IMG/VR virus record: IMGVR_UViG_3300021963_009201
Span: 32,001 to 96,000 of that record
Reading direction: 5' to 3' (one strand)
Source: a virus
DNA: 64,000 nt
Every line of letters begins with the position of its first letter. Within the stretch, counting starts at the first letter, position 1. The position numbers and the translations under genes were made by a program. The notes below the pieces were generated by a model, which saw nothing but the letters and a program-made list of their open reading frames with translations, made no database searches and was not told the DNA's origin. This document shows, one piece after another, positions 39,001-47,866 of the stretch.

Positions 39001-39309
39001 GTTTCTACTGCAGCAAAAATGCAAGATATTACATTAATAGACACTAGGCGCAGAGGCGGGGGGCTTACGGAGACAAATAGCCTTTCTAAGTTTGAGTTAG
39101 AGAATCCAGAAATAGATTCATACTGGGATGTTAGTGCCTCATCTATGGCGAGCGTACAGTCGGGTGGTTTTGTTGTGATAAGGCTACCCAAAATGTTAAA
39201 ATTAGTATTCCCAGATACTAAAGACATAGAAGATATTATACGACGTAATATCTCTGCAGGTGTTGATTTTATGATCGAAGACCTAGAAGGGCGCCCGTGG
39301 GATGAATAG
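33085..39309 (+). CDS. Large virion/baseplate protein with peptidoglycan-binding (PG_binding_1-like) repeats (2074 aa)
   Basis: GDSGEVVRYIQ; IKIIQRAL..PDGTFGASTADA; VENIQKLL..VDGYYGPETERAVMAWQ..IDGFWGPIT. C-terminal DTRRRGGGL...YWD segment. Confidence 0.65.
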   Translation: MERFENITSSGNEKAIRRGKKVPDGDINLAWAKSPQLSPDNSMIIVDTSSTIAENINSSEYRSGFMYANHLGILQDEFGNEVIFDEYPAIADEFTVEENYDISSDNEFIKSHVLAFRHISRYFHVDQESLVMDDEPLTIDRDTIIVEDENGREYLGKDGKKRYKIRLVKSDDYLETDTAIGVYRVWVYVDTDLNESLYLRYNKVELSANGRSIKNQLVSYRETLNPQPYFNYVPEESDVADFAANDRKIYTTKTTSEKEQIIGVPKSSSEGSKVYVPKKAISDPRVFQPFRWRVVANFNERYTVDPTNTQKVIRAGILSRDIRYPRTISAFENQGSGVKYNYLNPATKFPYIFYNLQNSEYNPTGAEIVNPISEKRGYTIVEDLDPAIQSPSDFTATNSNDTYNWLSNMTVPLKKVLGNDAKEYAGYWIVNFDTVTEDELKEFDVLVLDVESFSLDLSTALPKIMRFARDFGGSIYIPLNGKWDILGLGLRLTKPVHPYTGKVKMEPGTFRTAVIEESDYFGLGDTIVSSSSTDELFNGQGEYGGWDFESTAYSSVSPFKFHPSALYAKDKSYVQYFWENSDPKPTENDLNYWKPLFSCRRFDVVNQKAGDSTLYPLTVIKRFASGGSIIVDAQNIIGECNSLVDSVNISPRRLQIPNYFSQINSGRFEGSYKFGWNWILSAVSQRPLNSSDQENYSSTWSFESDWKPSWVIKGEVLKDPEKLKYSFNYESKDLSNLAQKAWRRKLAINYNDNQGPVFKTLKQIIDGQIVKELGQEYLARVALSPRTYVLETTNANVSVPSTLDGDMFPYAWTESYSPEFIIPEGFGPHVVKDEPMMAQYAAGQYVDVTYPPQRFAVKVKADFEDSSQSTVRQVTTILARYRGKEVLKNGQMYSHVSKARTWTEHGSNQILFNRFSKNWGGPRPNSILSRNELLLGNMNSYPYAGIVGNYRIGDSGEVVRYIQYSLNRLHDIVTSLLTKGINGPTPIGMNRSEGYNEAMAWALKYRRPSGPLNQNGIYDQATADAVSALKVLANTRYKDGIADSEFFAVLGSQIQFWGITTEASQNTNNDAGFATNPYTYLRYTSEPNKYMNLRSVSDSSVLYNYAQISNSRENSDRISDIILIQYPKVYNFQYVSIVPYLLGEGNVNVDFVDIRLSRIDTTRFTGDMNNKAWQYYEIEEQPAPGLGWTPDLPRILWAQTPGVLNESGFNYTSYAVLEFFSQENTRQYIKIIQRALQVNPDGTFGASTADAALRWKTNRAYKWGIPIDNTWGLISSVENIQKLLHVTVDGYYGPETERAVMAWQANWGGEIPIDGFWGPITQKVTDEFFQYLGGLPTVRRIKKHLPEPYFVWPQDILRGYSSANALVKNINRSGSSGSKIDIQIPQSSRAFGNTIIVGISSRSKIASGSNQVQLGISDITGYGNDTVGFNTIYGGDAVIDYEGVVTKTFDIVGDRGPIQLQHDYKSTGAPGYLTDVEWGIDPITEVSSTIFPGFNPSEVSLYRVESSNPNVEAFISKDGKLYLRTDEVINNSESKYSEGQWLPCPPDTPMDKGEMVAFSSRTSTSTVIVNPSQNPIYAMDENGKMFPGVQTGFVSKAEGIKLLCDSQGRPVGFPQVPSGVGPEEAQRHYTRFNLDFFVSSTFVRVGFYDKKQKEFIINSDESSMSYIEYINRGPENVYIGVVAETESIETKNYPTVENGFGQIPFKYAMPVYGITAKSASKIGIERIDSNLGISDIWGIPIRAGSFSRVVNVPSNSVLPISGWVSEYQGKNVKAFYSVPEASKMGWSSVYGRPYIDVKSENPTVISTDVIRVKQAPIAMFVEPTQIPSNSDPIKPRFTVWTRSTAYDEWVQISMSDIVDYNSSNGTIYLKTPLAEEDPNLVKVDYTCLSRVYVAKKINGQNVNLNPYVKSRPELIGVPIYVYILPAYVVNGDGEIIPDSINEATLNIATDNSILNQFSSTYNPLALHIGTVFVSTAAKMQDITLIDTRRRGGGLTETNSLSKFELENPEIDSYWDVSASSMASVQSGGFVVIRLPKMLKLVFPDTKDIEDIIRRNISAGVDFMIEDLEGRPWDE

Positions 39310-42130
39310 ATACATCAATGATGCGATAGCCCTTAGGGGCACATCTACAATAGAGAGTGCGCCTTTCATGCTGCAGGCAGCTAAGGTAAACAAGGTCACT
39401 CTTGACGACCTTGTTGCTAGGCTTAATGATAATTCTATGTTTACTAATGCTGTCTTGGCGCTAGTTGATATGGGCAATATAGCCTCAGGGGTAACTTTAA
39501 GGAATGCATTGTCTGATGTGTATTCTCGGTTTGACGATATGTTTGATACAGCTAATTCGGTTTCCTTGATATTTGACAACAACGCGATGCTTCTTTCTTC
39601 GGAGATTAAAAGGCTTGAGTCTGAGTTGACATCATTGCAAAAATCGGTAGATAATTATTCATTTTTACTTTCTGACTCTAATGCATACGATTCAGTTTTT
39701 GTTGATGATTTTAGCGATACTGTGAACTTTGCGGAATTTGATTTTTCTATATTTCAATTTTTGACCGATAGATCTGGCATAAATTTTCAGCCATCAGAGC
39801 GCGCCCAGGTACTCACGGATGAAGGAGTTCTTGCTATGTCTCCTTCCACAAATATAGATTACCAGTCAACTGCTAAGATTTGGGCTTCGAATTGTGCGAG
39901 AATGTTTTTCCCGTCAAATAAAAATAATGCTATTGACAACATTACGGAATATGACAACTTAATGGGGTGGAGGTCTGTTGTCGAATCATCGTCTATAATC
40001 AATAGCCCTTTGGTATACTTTGAAAATTTGAATGAACCTAACTCGCTTCTTGGTGCGCAGTTTATAATCGAAGTGTCAGTTACTGAAGAAAAACCAATTG
40101 ACACGCTAGTTATAGATCCATTTACGGACTACCCATTTGAATTGGTGCAGGTGATTGGTTTTACAAGCGCTTCGGATAGTGAGGGTAAAAAGCTGCTACT
40201 TAAGCCCTTAACAATCGACGTTACAAAAAATATATTCTTTGAAAAAAATTCATATCAAAGATTTCATTTATATTTAAACCAAAAAATCTACACCAGAAAA
40301 GCTAATTCCACTTACAAGCCCGAAGCCGCGGCCGAGAATAGGTCCGCCCAGCTGCTGGAGGCGCAAGGTCGGCAGTCTGATGTAACGGTATCTTTAGGTG
40401 AAGGGGTTATCGATCTTCAACCTTACTGGAGAAAAGTGCTAGAGAATTTAGGCGAATCATTAGGTCAGCGTGATTCAGAATTGTTAAAATCTGGTCTTCC
40501 ATCGTATTGGAGTCTTTCTTCTGGTTTTGTTAACTTAGAATTAGAGGAAAGAGAGAATGGAGATTTACTCAATCGTTCGGTTAAGTTGGAAAGCGTTAAC
40601 GATTCGTATCTCCAGAATATGATGACACGATTTTTTGGAACACAAAATGGTGGAATTGGTTCATACTTTAGGTCACTCATAGAAAGATCGCATGGCGGAA
40701 ACCCTCAGTTAAATCCGCAGTTTAACTCAAACAATGTGTCGATGTTAAGACTATCACCGTATAGTAGGGTCGGTGATGATGAGTCTATTTTTAATGTTCC
40801 GATTAGTGATACCTCAAAGAATTACTATACGGAAATTTCCGAATCAGACGTAAGTTCAAGTGATTCATGGTCCGCTAAAGCAGATTGGCAGTCTTGGCCC
40901 GGCGGCGTAGTTGGTGGTACGATAGATGGGAACATAACGAACCGTAGGGTTTGGAGTGAGTCTCGCGGCGTTTGGTTGGAGGGGCCATCAGATAGCTTCT
41001 CGGCAGATACTTTATACCCTGGTGGCGGAGGTTATATCAGAGATGCGGCTAGTGCTGAAATATTGGATGCAATAGACCCAGATGACACGCCAAGTCCTGG
41101 CGGTACTGATCTTTATATTCCGACATTAAAATATAATGAAGCTTTTTACGCACCAAGATCTCCTTATACCTACAAATATGTGCTAGGCATAAGAAGTATG
41201 AAGCTCAAGCTATCTGGCCACAAGCAGAGGTCTATTTATGTTAGTAGGATTATTGGTACTCCTGGAGACATTTCGGCCCTGAAGTTAAAAGAATCTTCCG
41301 ATAATTTCCTATATAAAGACAATCTAGACACGGAATCATTAACGTCTGTTGAGTATTCAGTAACTAATCAGCCAGACATATGGAAAGAAGAAAGTTGGAC
41401 GCCGATACTGCCGGTTGATAAGGGTATAGTAAGGGGAGAAAGGTTGTTCCCAGACTCCAATGGTGTTTCTGTTTTTCGTTTCCCAGTATCTGATGGAACA
41501 GTTTCATTTTTTAAAAACGGAAAAGTTTTTGATGCGATCAAGCTTGGCGCAAATCTACTTAGAAGGCCTGGCAATAGTACCGTTTATGGGATTAACTTTC
41601 CTTTAACCGCATATTCATCAACCGATATTTTAACCTGCGATTATGTACCAAGCGGCGATAATCATGTAATAAGTTTTGATAATTTTTCTAATAAAGTTAA
41701 CTTGTCTACGTCTTATGCTGACGAAGATGGCCCTGGCCAAGCCTTCATTGGGAATTCTAATATTGAATATCAACTTCAATATAGTCCTTACGTGGACTAC
41801 GATAGTGTTAAGGCGCGTGGCTCGGAGTATGTACCAATATCGATTATTTTTCAAGATGGGTCCACTCCGTCAAACTTGACTAATTATTTGAGCAAGGAAA
41901 AAGTTTTATTAGATTCCTCAAGTCTTCAGTATTCATTCCTACAATCTGGGAATGTTATTATTTTTAATAAACCCGTAACACAAAAATTTAGGGTTTATTA
42001 TAGTTATTTTCCAAGCAATTTTCGCGTAAGGGTAATTCTCCGAAGCAATTACATTGAGCCAATCAGCCCTAAGGTGGACTATTACCAGGTAAAAACTCAA
42101 ACAAGAAAACCTGACGCAAAAAGGGATTAG
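39302..42130 (+). CDS. Structural protein, paralog family (coiled coil + beta-sandwich) (942 aa)
   Basis: Shares blocks with the three other large members downstream (YVLGIRSM; FRVRVILR...SPKVDYYQVK). Confidence 0.6.
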   Translation: MNRYINDAIALRGTSTIESAPFMLQAAKVNKVTLDDLVARLNDNSMFTNAVLALVDMGNIASGVTLRNALSDVYSRFDDMFDTANSVSLIFDNNAMLLSSEIKRLESELTSLQKSVDNYSFLLSDSNAYDSVFVDDFSDTVNFAEFDFSIFQFLTDRSGINFQPSERAQVLTDEGVLAMSPSTNIDYQSTAKIWASNCARMFFPSNKNNAIDNITEYDNLMGWRSVVESSSIINSPLVYFENLNEPNSLLGAQFIIEVSVTEEKPIDTLVIDPFTDYPFELVQVIGFTSASDSEGKKLLLKPLTIDVTKNIFFEKNSYQRFHLYLNQKIYTRKANSTYKPEAAAENRSAQLLEAQGRQSDVTVSLGEGVIDLQPYWRKVLENLGESLGQRDSELLKSGLPSYWSLSSGFVNLELEERENGDLLNRSVKLESVNDSYLQNMMTRFFGTQNGGIGSYFRSLIERSHGGNPQLNPQFNSNNVSMLRLSPYSRVGDDESIFNVPISDTSKNYYTEISESDVSSSDSWSAKADWQSWPGGVVGGTIDGNITNRRVWSESRGVWLEGPSDSFSADTLYPGGGGYIRDAASAEILDAIDPDDTPSPGGTDLYIPTLKYNEAFYAPRSPYTYKYVLGIRSMKLKLSGHKQRSIYVSRIIGTPGDISALKLKESSDNFLYKDNLDTESLTSVEYSVTNQPDIWKEESWTPILPVDKGIVRGERLFPDSNGVSVFRFPVSDGTVSFFKNGKVFDAIKLGANLLRRPGNSTVYGINFPLTAYSSTDILTCDYVPSGDNHVISFDNFSNKVNLSTSYADEDGPGQAFIGNSNIEYQLQYSPYVDYDSVKARGSEYVPISIIFQDGSTPSNLTNYLSKEKVLLDSSSLQYSFLQSGNVIIFNKPVTQKFRVYYSYFPSNFRVRVILRSNYIEPISPKVDYYQVKTQTRKPDAKRD

Positions 42131-42131
42131 C

Positions 42132-44024
42132 ATGACACAATTGTTACCATCTACAGAATATGAATCAAAGGCTATAGCTCTTATTATGGATATGAGATCA
42201 TTAATCTCAGAATCTAGCAAAGACAAGATTAATCCTAGGGTAATTGAGTCCAAATTTCGTGATATTCAAACTCGTTTTTCCGAAATAATTGGAAAACCAA
42301 TGACCCAATATGAACCTTTCGTCAAAGGAGAGCCGGCTAGGTCTGACAAGGTTAATAGGTTTTTAAGTTCGCTCCAAAAAGATATAAATATTTTAGAAGA
42401 GCAAGTTGAATTAATGAGAGCCTCTGCTGTCCACATTCACAATAATATGAAAACGCAACTAGAGCAGGCTAAGTTCGAAAATGAACAAGCTTTAAATAAA
42501 TTAAAAACTTTACAGTTATACACTAGTGCGCAAAATAACGAGATTACTATTTTTGGAGATTATTTAAATAGCGATAATTTAATTGACTACACAATAGTAG
42601 ACCCTGTTCGAAAAACAGTTTTAGAAAAACCGGGTCAGATTACACTTAGTAAAGTAAACTCAGTAAATAAAGACATAATGAATAGCGCCTCAGTAAAAAT
42701 CCTTTCAAATTCAAACGGCATACCTGGCCGACTAGTAGAGGTGCAAGAGGTTAATCCTAAGATAGAGCAACCGGGGGTAGCATACCCTGCGGTTATTGAT
42801 ACGAATGCATTATACAGGTTTACCGCTCAAAAAAACCCAATGAATAACCTTGACAATATCTTCGATGGTTCTCCAGTGACTTGGTTTGAATACGAAAAAA
42901 ACTTAGTTGAAGAGCCAGATAGGGTTAAAGCTTTAAATTTTGGTTTTAAGTATAAGTTTTCCGATTCTAATATTAATAAGCAAGAATCTAATTCTGTTGA
43001 TTTTGGCCTATCAAAAAATGAATTACTAGATTGGGCTGATGGTCCGTCTGGAGGTTCGTTAAAGTTGGAATTAGAATTCGATTTAAAGTCAATAAAAAAT
43101 ATCAATAAGATTGATTACACGCCTTTTGATCTAGAGGGAAACAAAAATCATCCAACCTTAATTAGGAGGGTTGAAATATCTACAGACAAGAATAGCTGGG
43201 AAACAATTTATCCTCTTAATGTGATAGTTACTTCTAGCGTAAACCTCCCAAGTATAGATGTAGGCGGAGACATTTCTATTAGGAATGCTACTTGGGCTCT
43301 AGATAATAAGGGAGTTCGTTACATACGTTTTTCTATTGAGCAATCAAAACCTATTGACGCAAAAATTGGTCACGTATATTACAAGACTCGACTCAGGACA
43401 CTAAGGGAAATTGAGCCAAATAGTGATCCACCAAAGGTTATAGAGAAGATAATTGGAGGCGAACGCGTAGAAGGGCCTATTCCTACCACTTCAAACCCAA
43501 CAAAGTATTATGATCCATCTTTTTCTATAGTTGAAGATACGAGTGGCGCAAACAATATTTATTCGTCTTTGGTGAAAAATGTAGAAATTTTTAAAGGTAA
43601 AAGATGGGCTATAGGTATTAGGGATATATCTATAGGTCAATCAGAGTATTCTTCATTTAGCGAAATTATTACTAAACCTTTTAAGATTAATGGGGTGATT
43701 GATAGGGTTTCTTTGGAGGCTAGTAGCTATATACCCCCTTCTTTCCCCTCGGATGTTTTATGGATTAAATATTTTGTAAGTCCTGATGATGGTTTATCTT
43801 GGCAGCAAATTTCTAGAGTACAAGATGATTATATTGGTGTCCCAGAAATTATAGCTTATAATGACAAAATCCCTTCAGAGTTTAGGGAGGCTAATGTCGG
43901 TTACTATAATACTAGAAACCCAGTTGGGAGTATTAGGCTTAAGGTTCAAATCAGTAGACCATCAGACAAAGCTTACCTAACACCCGCATTGTATTGGTAT
44001 AAGTTAAAGGTGAAAAGACGCTAA
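42132..44024 (+). CDS. Structural protein, paralog family with F5/8-type-C-like beta-sandwich (630 aa)
   Basis: SDKVNRFLSSLQKDINIL; NIFDGSPVTW; WAIGIRDISI; TPALYWYKLKVK. Confidence 0.6.
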   Translation: MTQLLPSTEYESKAIALIMDMRSLISESSKDKINPRVIESKFRDIQTRFSEIIGKPMTQYEPFVKGEPARSDKVNRFLSSLQKDINILEEQVELMRASAVHIHNNMKTQLEQAKFENEQALNKLKTLQLYTSAQNNEITIFGDYLNSDNLIDYTIVDPVRKTVLEKPGQITLSKVNSVNKDIMNSASVKILSNSNGIPGRLVEVQEVNPKIEQPGVAYPAVIDTNALYRFTAQKNPMNNLDNIFDGSPVTWFEYEKNLVEEPDRVKALNFGFKYKFSDSNINKQESNSVDFGLSKNELLDWADGPSGGSLKLELEFDLKSIKNINKIDYTPFDLEGNKNHPTLIRRVEISTDKNSWETIYPLNVIVTSSVNLPSIDVGGDISIRNATWALDNKGVRYIRFSIEQSKPIDAKIGHVYYKTRLRTLREIEPNSDPPKVIEKIIGGERVEGPIPTTSNPTKYYDPSFSIVEDTSGANNIYSSLVKNVEIFKGKRWAIGIRDISIGQSEYSSFSEIITKPFKINGVIDRVSLEASSYIPPSFPSDVLWIKYFVSPDDGLSWQQISRVQDDYIGVPEIIAYNDKIPSEFREANVGYYNTRNPVGSIRLKVQISRPSDKAYLTPALYWYKLKVKRR

Positions 44025-46159
44025 TGAGCTTAAGTAACATTCAATATCAAAGAGTATTAGACAGTATTACGAGATATTATTACTCGTTAGGAAAATTTCC
44101 TTCTGAAGAACAGTTAAAGACTGACCTATCTAAGTACTTTTCCAGATACAGCTTAGGTTCTCCCGTTGGTTTTACGAACGGCATTTTTGCCGATGGTTTA
44201 AGGGCTTCTGCAGATGATATGAATGACGCTGTTTGTAAAACAATATCAAACTTAGACATATTGTACGAGACTATACAAGAGCAACTTAGTCAGTCTATGA
44301 CGTTGAACACGTATTTAAGTGCAAATTTAGAAAAATTAAAAATTAAGAGAAGAGCAATAGTCGCAAAAATAGATGAATTTCTTTTCTCAAATGCAAATAC
44401 AGATGGATATTTTTACAGTTTTGCGGATACTTTTGATAATTTAAACTATACAGATTTATCTTTGACAAGCGCATTTGTAGACATCATAAACGGTTCTGTT
44501 ACGTTACCAGTAAACAGCGATGCTACGGAGATTTTACCAGGAACAGCAATTGCAACAACTCAATTTGAGTTCTTTTTAGGCGAAAATTCAGTTCAAACTG
44601 GTATAGAGCGTTCGCCTTTTTCTTCGTGTCTGGATGGTCTTAGCAATACATACTGGTCTACAGAGATACTATCTGATTCCCTAGTTGATGCTACGTGCAG
44701 GGTCACTATGACGATGCCAAACTCTGCTGTGTCTGAAGTAGAGTTTTTCCCTTACGGCACATCACCTGTTCAAGTCCTACTCGAAACTAACGGTATTAGT
44801 GGGTATAGGGTCTTTGGTTCGTCCATTCAGGAAGGTTCAAGTAGAATGGTCTTTTCCGACAAGCTTGTTTATGCCTCTGCTCTGAGATTTACAATAAAGA
44901 AGAAGAAACCAGATTATACTCTAGAAACAGAAAGTGGCACAAAGTACGTTTATATATTTGGCGCAAAAGATATTAATATCATAAGGAAAGATTATGTAGA
45001 TGAAGCTACATGGGTTAGCCGGCCAATATCTATATCGAATGACCTAAGTTTAGACCATGTTCTAGATGCTGTTTCGCTCAAAGTGGATGAAAATGTATTA
45101 GATAACACTTTTATAAATTACTACGTATCTCTCGATAAGGGTATTTCTAGTCCATCTATGGGTGATTTTGATTGGAAGAAAATAACACCAATGACAGAAT
45201 CAGTCCTAACACCAGATATGACCGTAGGCTTTAACGGCGCTGCTACATCTGTTAGGTTTATAAGAAGATCGCCAACTGCAAATAATCTTCAATTATTACC
45301 CGAAGATTCGTTAAATCCAGACTCGCGAATTAGAAACCCCTTCACAAAAGATGGTATTGATCTCTGGAGGATTGCTGACTTAGGAACAGAGGATCCAATT
45401 CGATCTACCCTATCTCTTGAGGAGGGGGTTAACTGCCTCAGGGTTTATCACGTAGACTATCAAGCAGGCGCATTGAGTCTATCTTTTTGGGCGCCATATG
45501 TCAATGGGTCTAAAGAATCGGAACAAATTTTCTCTAGAATAGATACTAGTAACAACTTCTTTTGGGGCGGAGATATAGGGGAGAATTACAAGAGCGTTTA
45601 TATGGAGACTTTAATTTTCTCTGATTCTGATCAAAATATAGGTCTGAAAAAATTTTCAAAGTTGGATGCAAATTCTCGACTTTGGGACGTACATGTGCAT
45701 GTAAACGGAAGTAAGGTCGCTGAGTTGCCGGTAGGCGTTAATGAAATTAATATACCTTGGAGATTTTCTAAAGGTTTGAACCATATTGCCCTTACGTTGA
45801 CGATACCAAGGGCAACTCAGTCTAGGTATCCAAATGAGGGGTCTATAGAGTTGATGGAGGCAGAGTCGTTGTACTCTTACGGTTCCGTGAAGCTTGCTAA
45901 CTGGTCTTATGTAGATATATTTCAGTTACTAAATAATGCGGGGGAAGATTCTAATATATTTAGCATATACAAAGATGGTGAAAGAACCCAAATTGTTTCT
46001 AGGAAAAAACCTTCAAATAATTATAGGCTTTCCTATTCAACAGCTACTACACAGTCTAATGCGTCAATTAGGGTCCGAGCAGATCTTGGGCGCGCTTTAG
46101 CAAACTCATCTGTTTCACCATCTATTGATCTTTATCGGGTTAGGTTTAGGTATTCATAA
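44024..46159 (+). CDS. Structural protein, paralog family with F5/8-type-C-like beta-sandwich (711 aa)
   Basis: SADDMNDAVCKTISNLDIL; CLDGLSNTYW; YIFGAKDINI; SPSIDLYRVRFR. Confidence 0.6.
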   Translation: MSLSNIQYQRVLDSITRYYYSLGKFPSEEQLKTDLSKYFSRYSLGSPVGFTNGIFADGLRASADDMNDAVCKTISNLDILYETIQEQLSQSMTLNTYLSANLEKLKIKRRAIVAKIDEFLFSNANTDGYFYSFADTFDNLNYTDLSLTSAFVDIINGSVTLPVNSDATEILPGTAIATTQFEFFLGENSVQTGIERSPFSSCLDGLSNTYWSTEILSDSLVDATCRVTMTMPNSAVSEVEFFPYGTSPVQVLLETNGISGYRVFGSSIQEGSSRMVFSDKLVYASALRFTIKKKKPDYTLETESGTKYVYIFGAKDINIIRKDYVDEATWVSRPISISNDLSLDHVLDAVSLKVDENVLDNTFINYYVSLDKGISSPSMGDFDWKKITPMTESVLTPDMTVGFNGAATSVRFIRRSPTANNLQLLPEDSLNPDSRIRNPFTKDGIDLWRIADLGTEDPIRSTLSLEEGVNCLRVYHVDYQAGALSLSFWAPYVNGSKESEQIFSRIDTSNNFFWGGDIGENYKSVYMETLIFSDSDQNIGLKKFSKLDANSRLWDVHVHVNGSKVAELPVGVNEINIPWRFSKGLNHIALTLTIPRATQSRYPNEGSIELMEAESLYSYGSVKLANWSYVDIFQLLNNAGEDSNIFSIYKDGERTQIVSRKKPSNNYRLSYSTATTQSNASIRVRADLGRALANSSVSPSIDLYRVRFRYS

Positions 46160-46491
46160 TGGCCATCTTTTATCAGGAAATAGATAGGAAGAAGTGGTTT
46201 TACGAGCCGGCTTCTAGCAGGTCTAGGCAGAGGTATCGTGGAGCGCGAGAAAGCTATAAGGTAAATTTAGAGATATCTTCATTTCTTTTTGACATAAATA
46301 ATATTAATAAAAAAATGAATAATTTAGTACAGACATCTTTACGACATGCAGCGTATATTGCGCGTGGGGTAGAGCTAGATCCGGTAAGCTACGCAGACAC
46401 ATTTACGGCACTAATAGGCTTCCTAGATATGTCATCTCAGGTTGAAGATTTAAAGAACAGGATTATCGAAATGGAGCGCAAGCATGTCTGA
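46159..46491 (+). CDS. Small structural protein carrying only the N-terminal coiled-coil motif of the family (110 aa)
   Basis: RYRGARESYKVNLEISSFLFDINNI aligns by eye with QYMGPTTSDNYNERVERAYKDLVML of the next gene. Confidence 0.55.
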   Translation: MAIFYQEIDRKKWFYEPASSRSRQRYRGARESYKVNLEISSFLFDINNINKKMNNLVQTSLRHAAYIARGVELDPVSYADTFTALIGFLDMSSQVEDLKNRIIEMERKHV

Positions 46492-47752
46492 ATCACTACA
46501 CTCTCGTATGGAGCACGCTCAGTATATGGGGCCAACCACGAGTGACAACTATAACGAAAGAGTTGAAAGAGCCTATAAGGACCTTGTAATGCTCTTGAAT
46601 AAAGTTGGCTTGGCCGATGAGGATGCAAACAATAGGTTTTCAAATCTTGTAAAAAATCATTTTTCTTTAATGAAAACTATGACAGATTTACAGTCACGCT
46701 TAACTGCGCTAGAGGATATCACAATATCTTCCCAACCGTATAAGTTGATTACATTTTTTAATAATTTTTATGACGATACAGATAACTTTAATGATACCGA
46801 GTTTGAAATATCAAGTTCACAAAAGTGTTCGATAGACAGTCGTCATGGTGTCATGACGTTACCTAAGATTTTTTCTAGTTCATCGTCGAAAATAGGCTAT
46901 AAGGACTCTTACGGTAATTTTGTTTTACCAGCTTCATTCGAAGCTTCTGCGTCTGGCATAACCAGTACGGCTGATTCCACATCTTCTTTAATATCTTCTT
47001 CAAATTTAAACAATAGTGTTATTGACGAACCGGGGAAGGTATGGGAAAGAAATGTAATTGTAAATTCGCCGAATGAAAATGGTGCTGAAGTTAATTTTTA
47101 TGCGCGAATTCCAACCGACATATCACCGAACGTAAATGCCAATGCCATTGTAATACACCCCTACCCAATGATGGGCGTCGAGCTTTTGGGGGTTTTCACT
47201 AGTTCGCAAGAGATGATTAACCTCAACTCTAACGACTCTTATTGGCCGGTTAACGCAGATAATTATTACCAGGACAATTTGGACGCAGTTGGGTGGATAG
47301 CCCCTGGTTCATGGACTGGTGACAGCATAGCTTCGTGTGGTCCAAAGATTTTTCATTTTGACCCAAAAAAAGTTAATGCAGTTAGGATTAGGTTAAAGCA
47401 AAGTGATTATTTTTTTGAAAGTGATAAATTTATATATTCTTATGGTTTGTCATTCTTTGATTTAAGGTATGATAAGTTTTTGTCAACAGGTAAAATTATC
47501 TTAAGAATGGACGCACCAACTGGCCAGACTATAAGCTCTATAGATAACGTAACGCCAAGCATTTTTAATGTTTCGGAAGCAGAACTGCCGTATGTTTTCT
47601 CTTATAGGGTTATATGGGAAACGGCAACATCAGGCGTTTATAGTCTTGATCCTGTGGCTTTTTCCGATAAAGTATGGATTGAGGTGCAGCTTGACGAGAC
47701 TATCGGGAAAGGTACTCCATCTCTTTCTGGTTTGAAAGTAGAATACAGTTAG
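46484..47752 (+). CDS. Structural protein, paralog family (422 aa)
   Basis: GPTTSDNYNERVE; HGVMTLP; VIDEPGKVW; YSYGLSFFDL; GTPSLSGLKVEY. Confidence 0.6.
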   Translation: MSESLHSRMEHAQYMGPTTSDNYNERVERAYKDLVMLLNKVGLADEDANNRFSNLVKNHFSLMKTMTDLQSRLTALEDITISSQPYKLITFFNNFYDDTDNFNDTEFEISSSQKCSIDSRHGVMTLPKIFSSSSSKIGYKDSYGNFVLPASFEASASGITSTADSTSSLISSSNLNNSVIDEPGKVWERNVIVNSPNENGAEVNFYARIPTDISPNVNANAIVIHPYPMMGVELLGVFTSSQEMINLNSNDSYWPVNADNYYQDNLDAVGWIAPGSWTGDSIASCGPKIFHFDPKKVNAVRIRLKQSDYFFESDKFIYSYGLSFFDLRYDKFLSTGKIILRMDAPTGQTISSIDNVTPSIFNVSEAELPYVFSYRVIWETATSGVYSLDPVAFSDKVWIEVQLDETIGKGTPSLSGLKVEYS

Positions 47753-47759
47753 TTAATCA

Positions 47760-47767
47760 TTACTATA
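47760..47767 (+). promoter_or_regulatory. TTACTATA motif, candidate phage-specific promoter
   Basis: Intergenic, immediately upstream of a structured leader. Confidence 0.55.
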
Positions 47768-47866
47768 GGTTTGGAGGGTGCGGAATCCCAGAGTGCAGTT
47801 GCTCCTTAGGATCCTATAGTTACTACCGCATCCTCCTTTAAATTCTAGCACTACAGGAGACGCAAA
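47768..47866 (+). ncRNA. Candidate structured cis-regulatory 5' leader (switch-like)
   Basis: 11-bp stem GGAGGGTGCGG (47773-83) / CCGCATCCTCC (47826-36) with one G-U pair. The 3' arm contains CTCCT (47833-37), complementary to the AGGAG SD (47855-59). Confidence 0.4.

Noticed and set aside
47776-47789. GGGTGCGGAATCCC resembling the T-loop hairpin of cobalamin riboswitches (the phage has a B12-dependent NrdJ)
   Set aside because: No B12 box or other conserved cobalamin elements, it conflicts with the longer stem, and it is not upstream of nrdJ.
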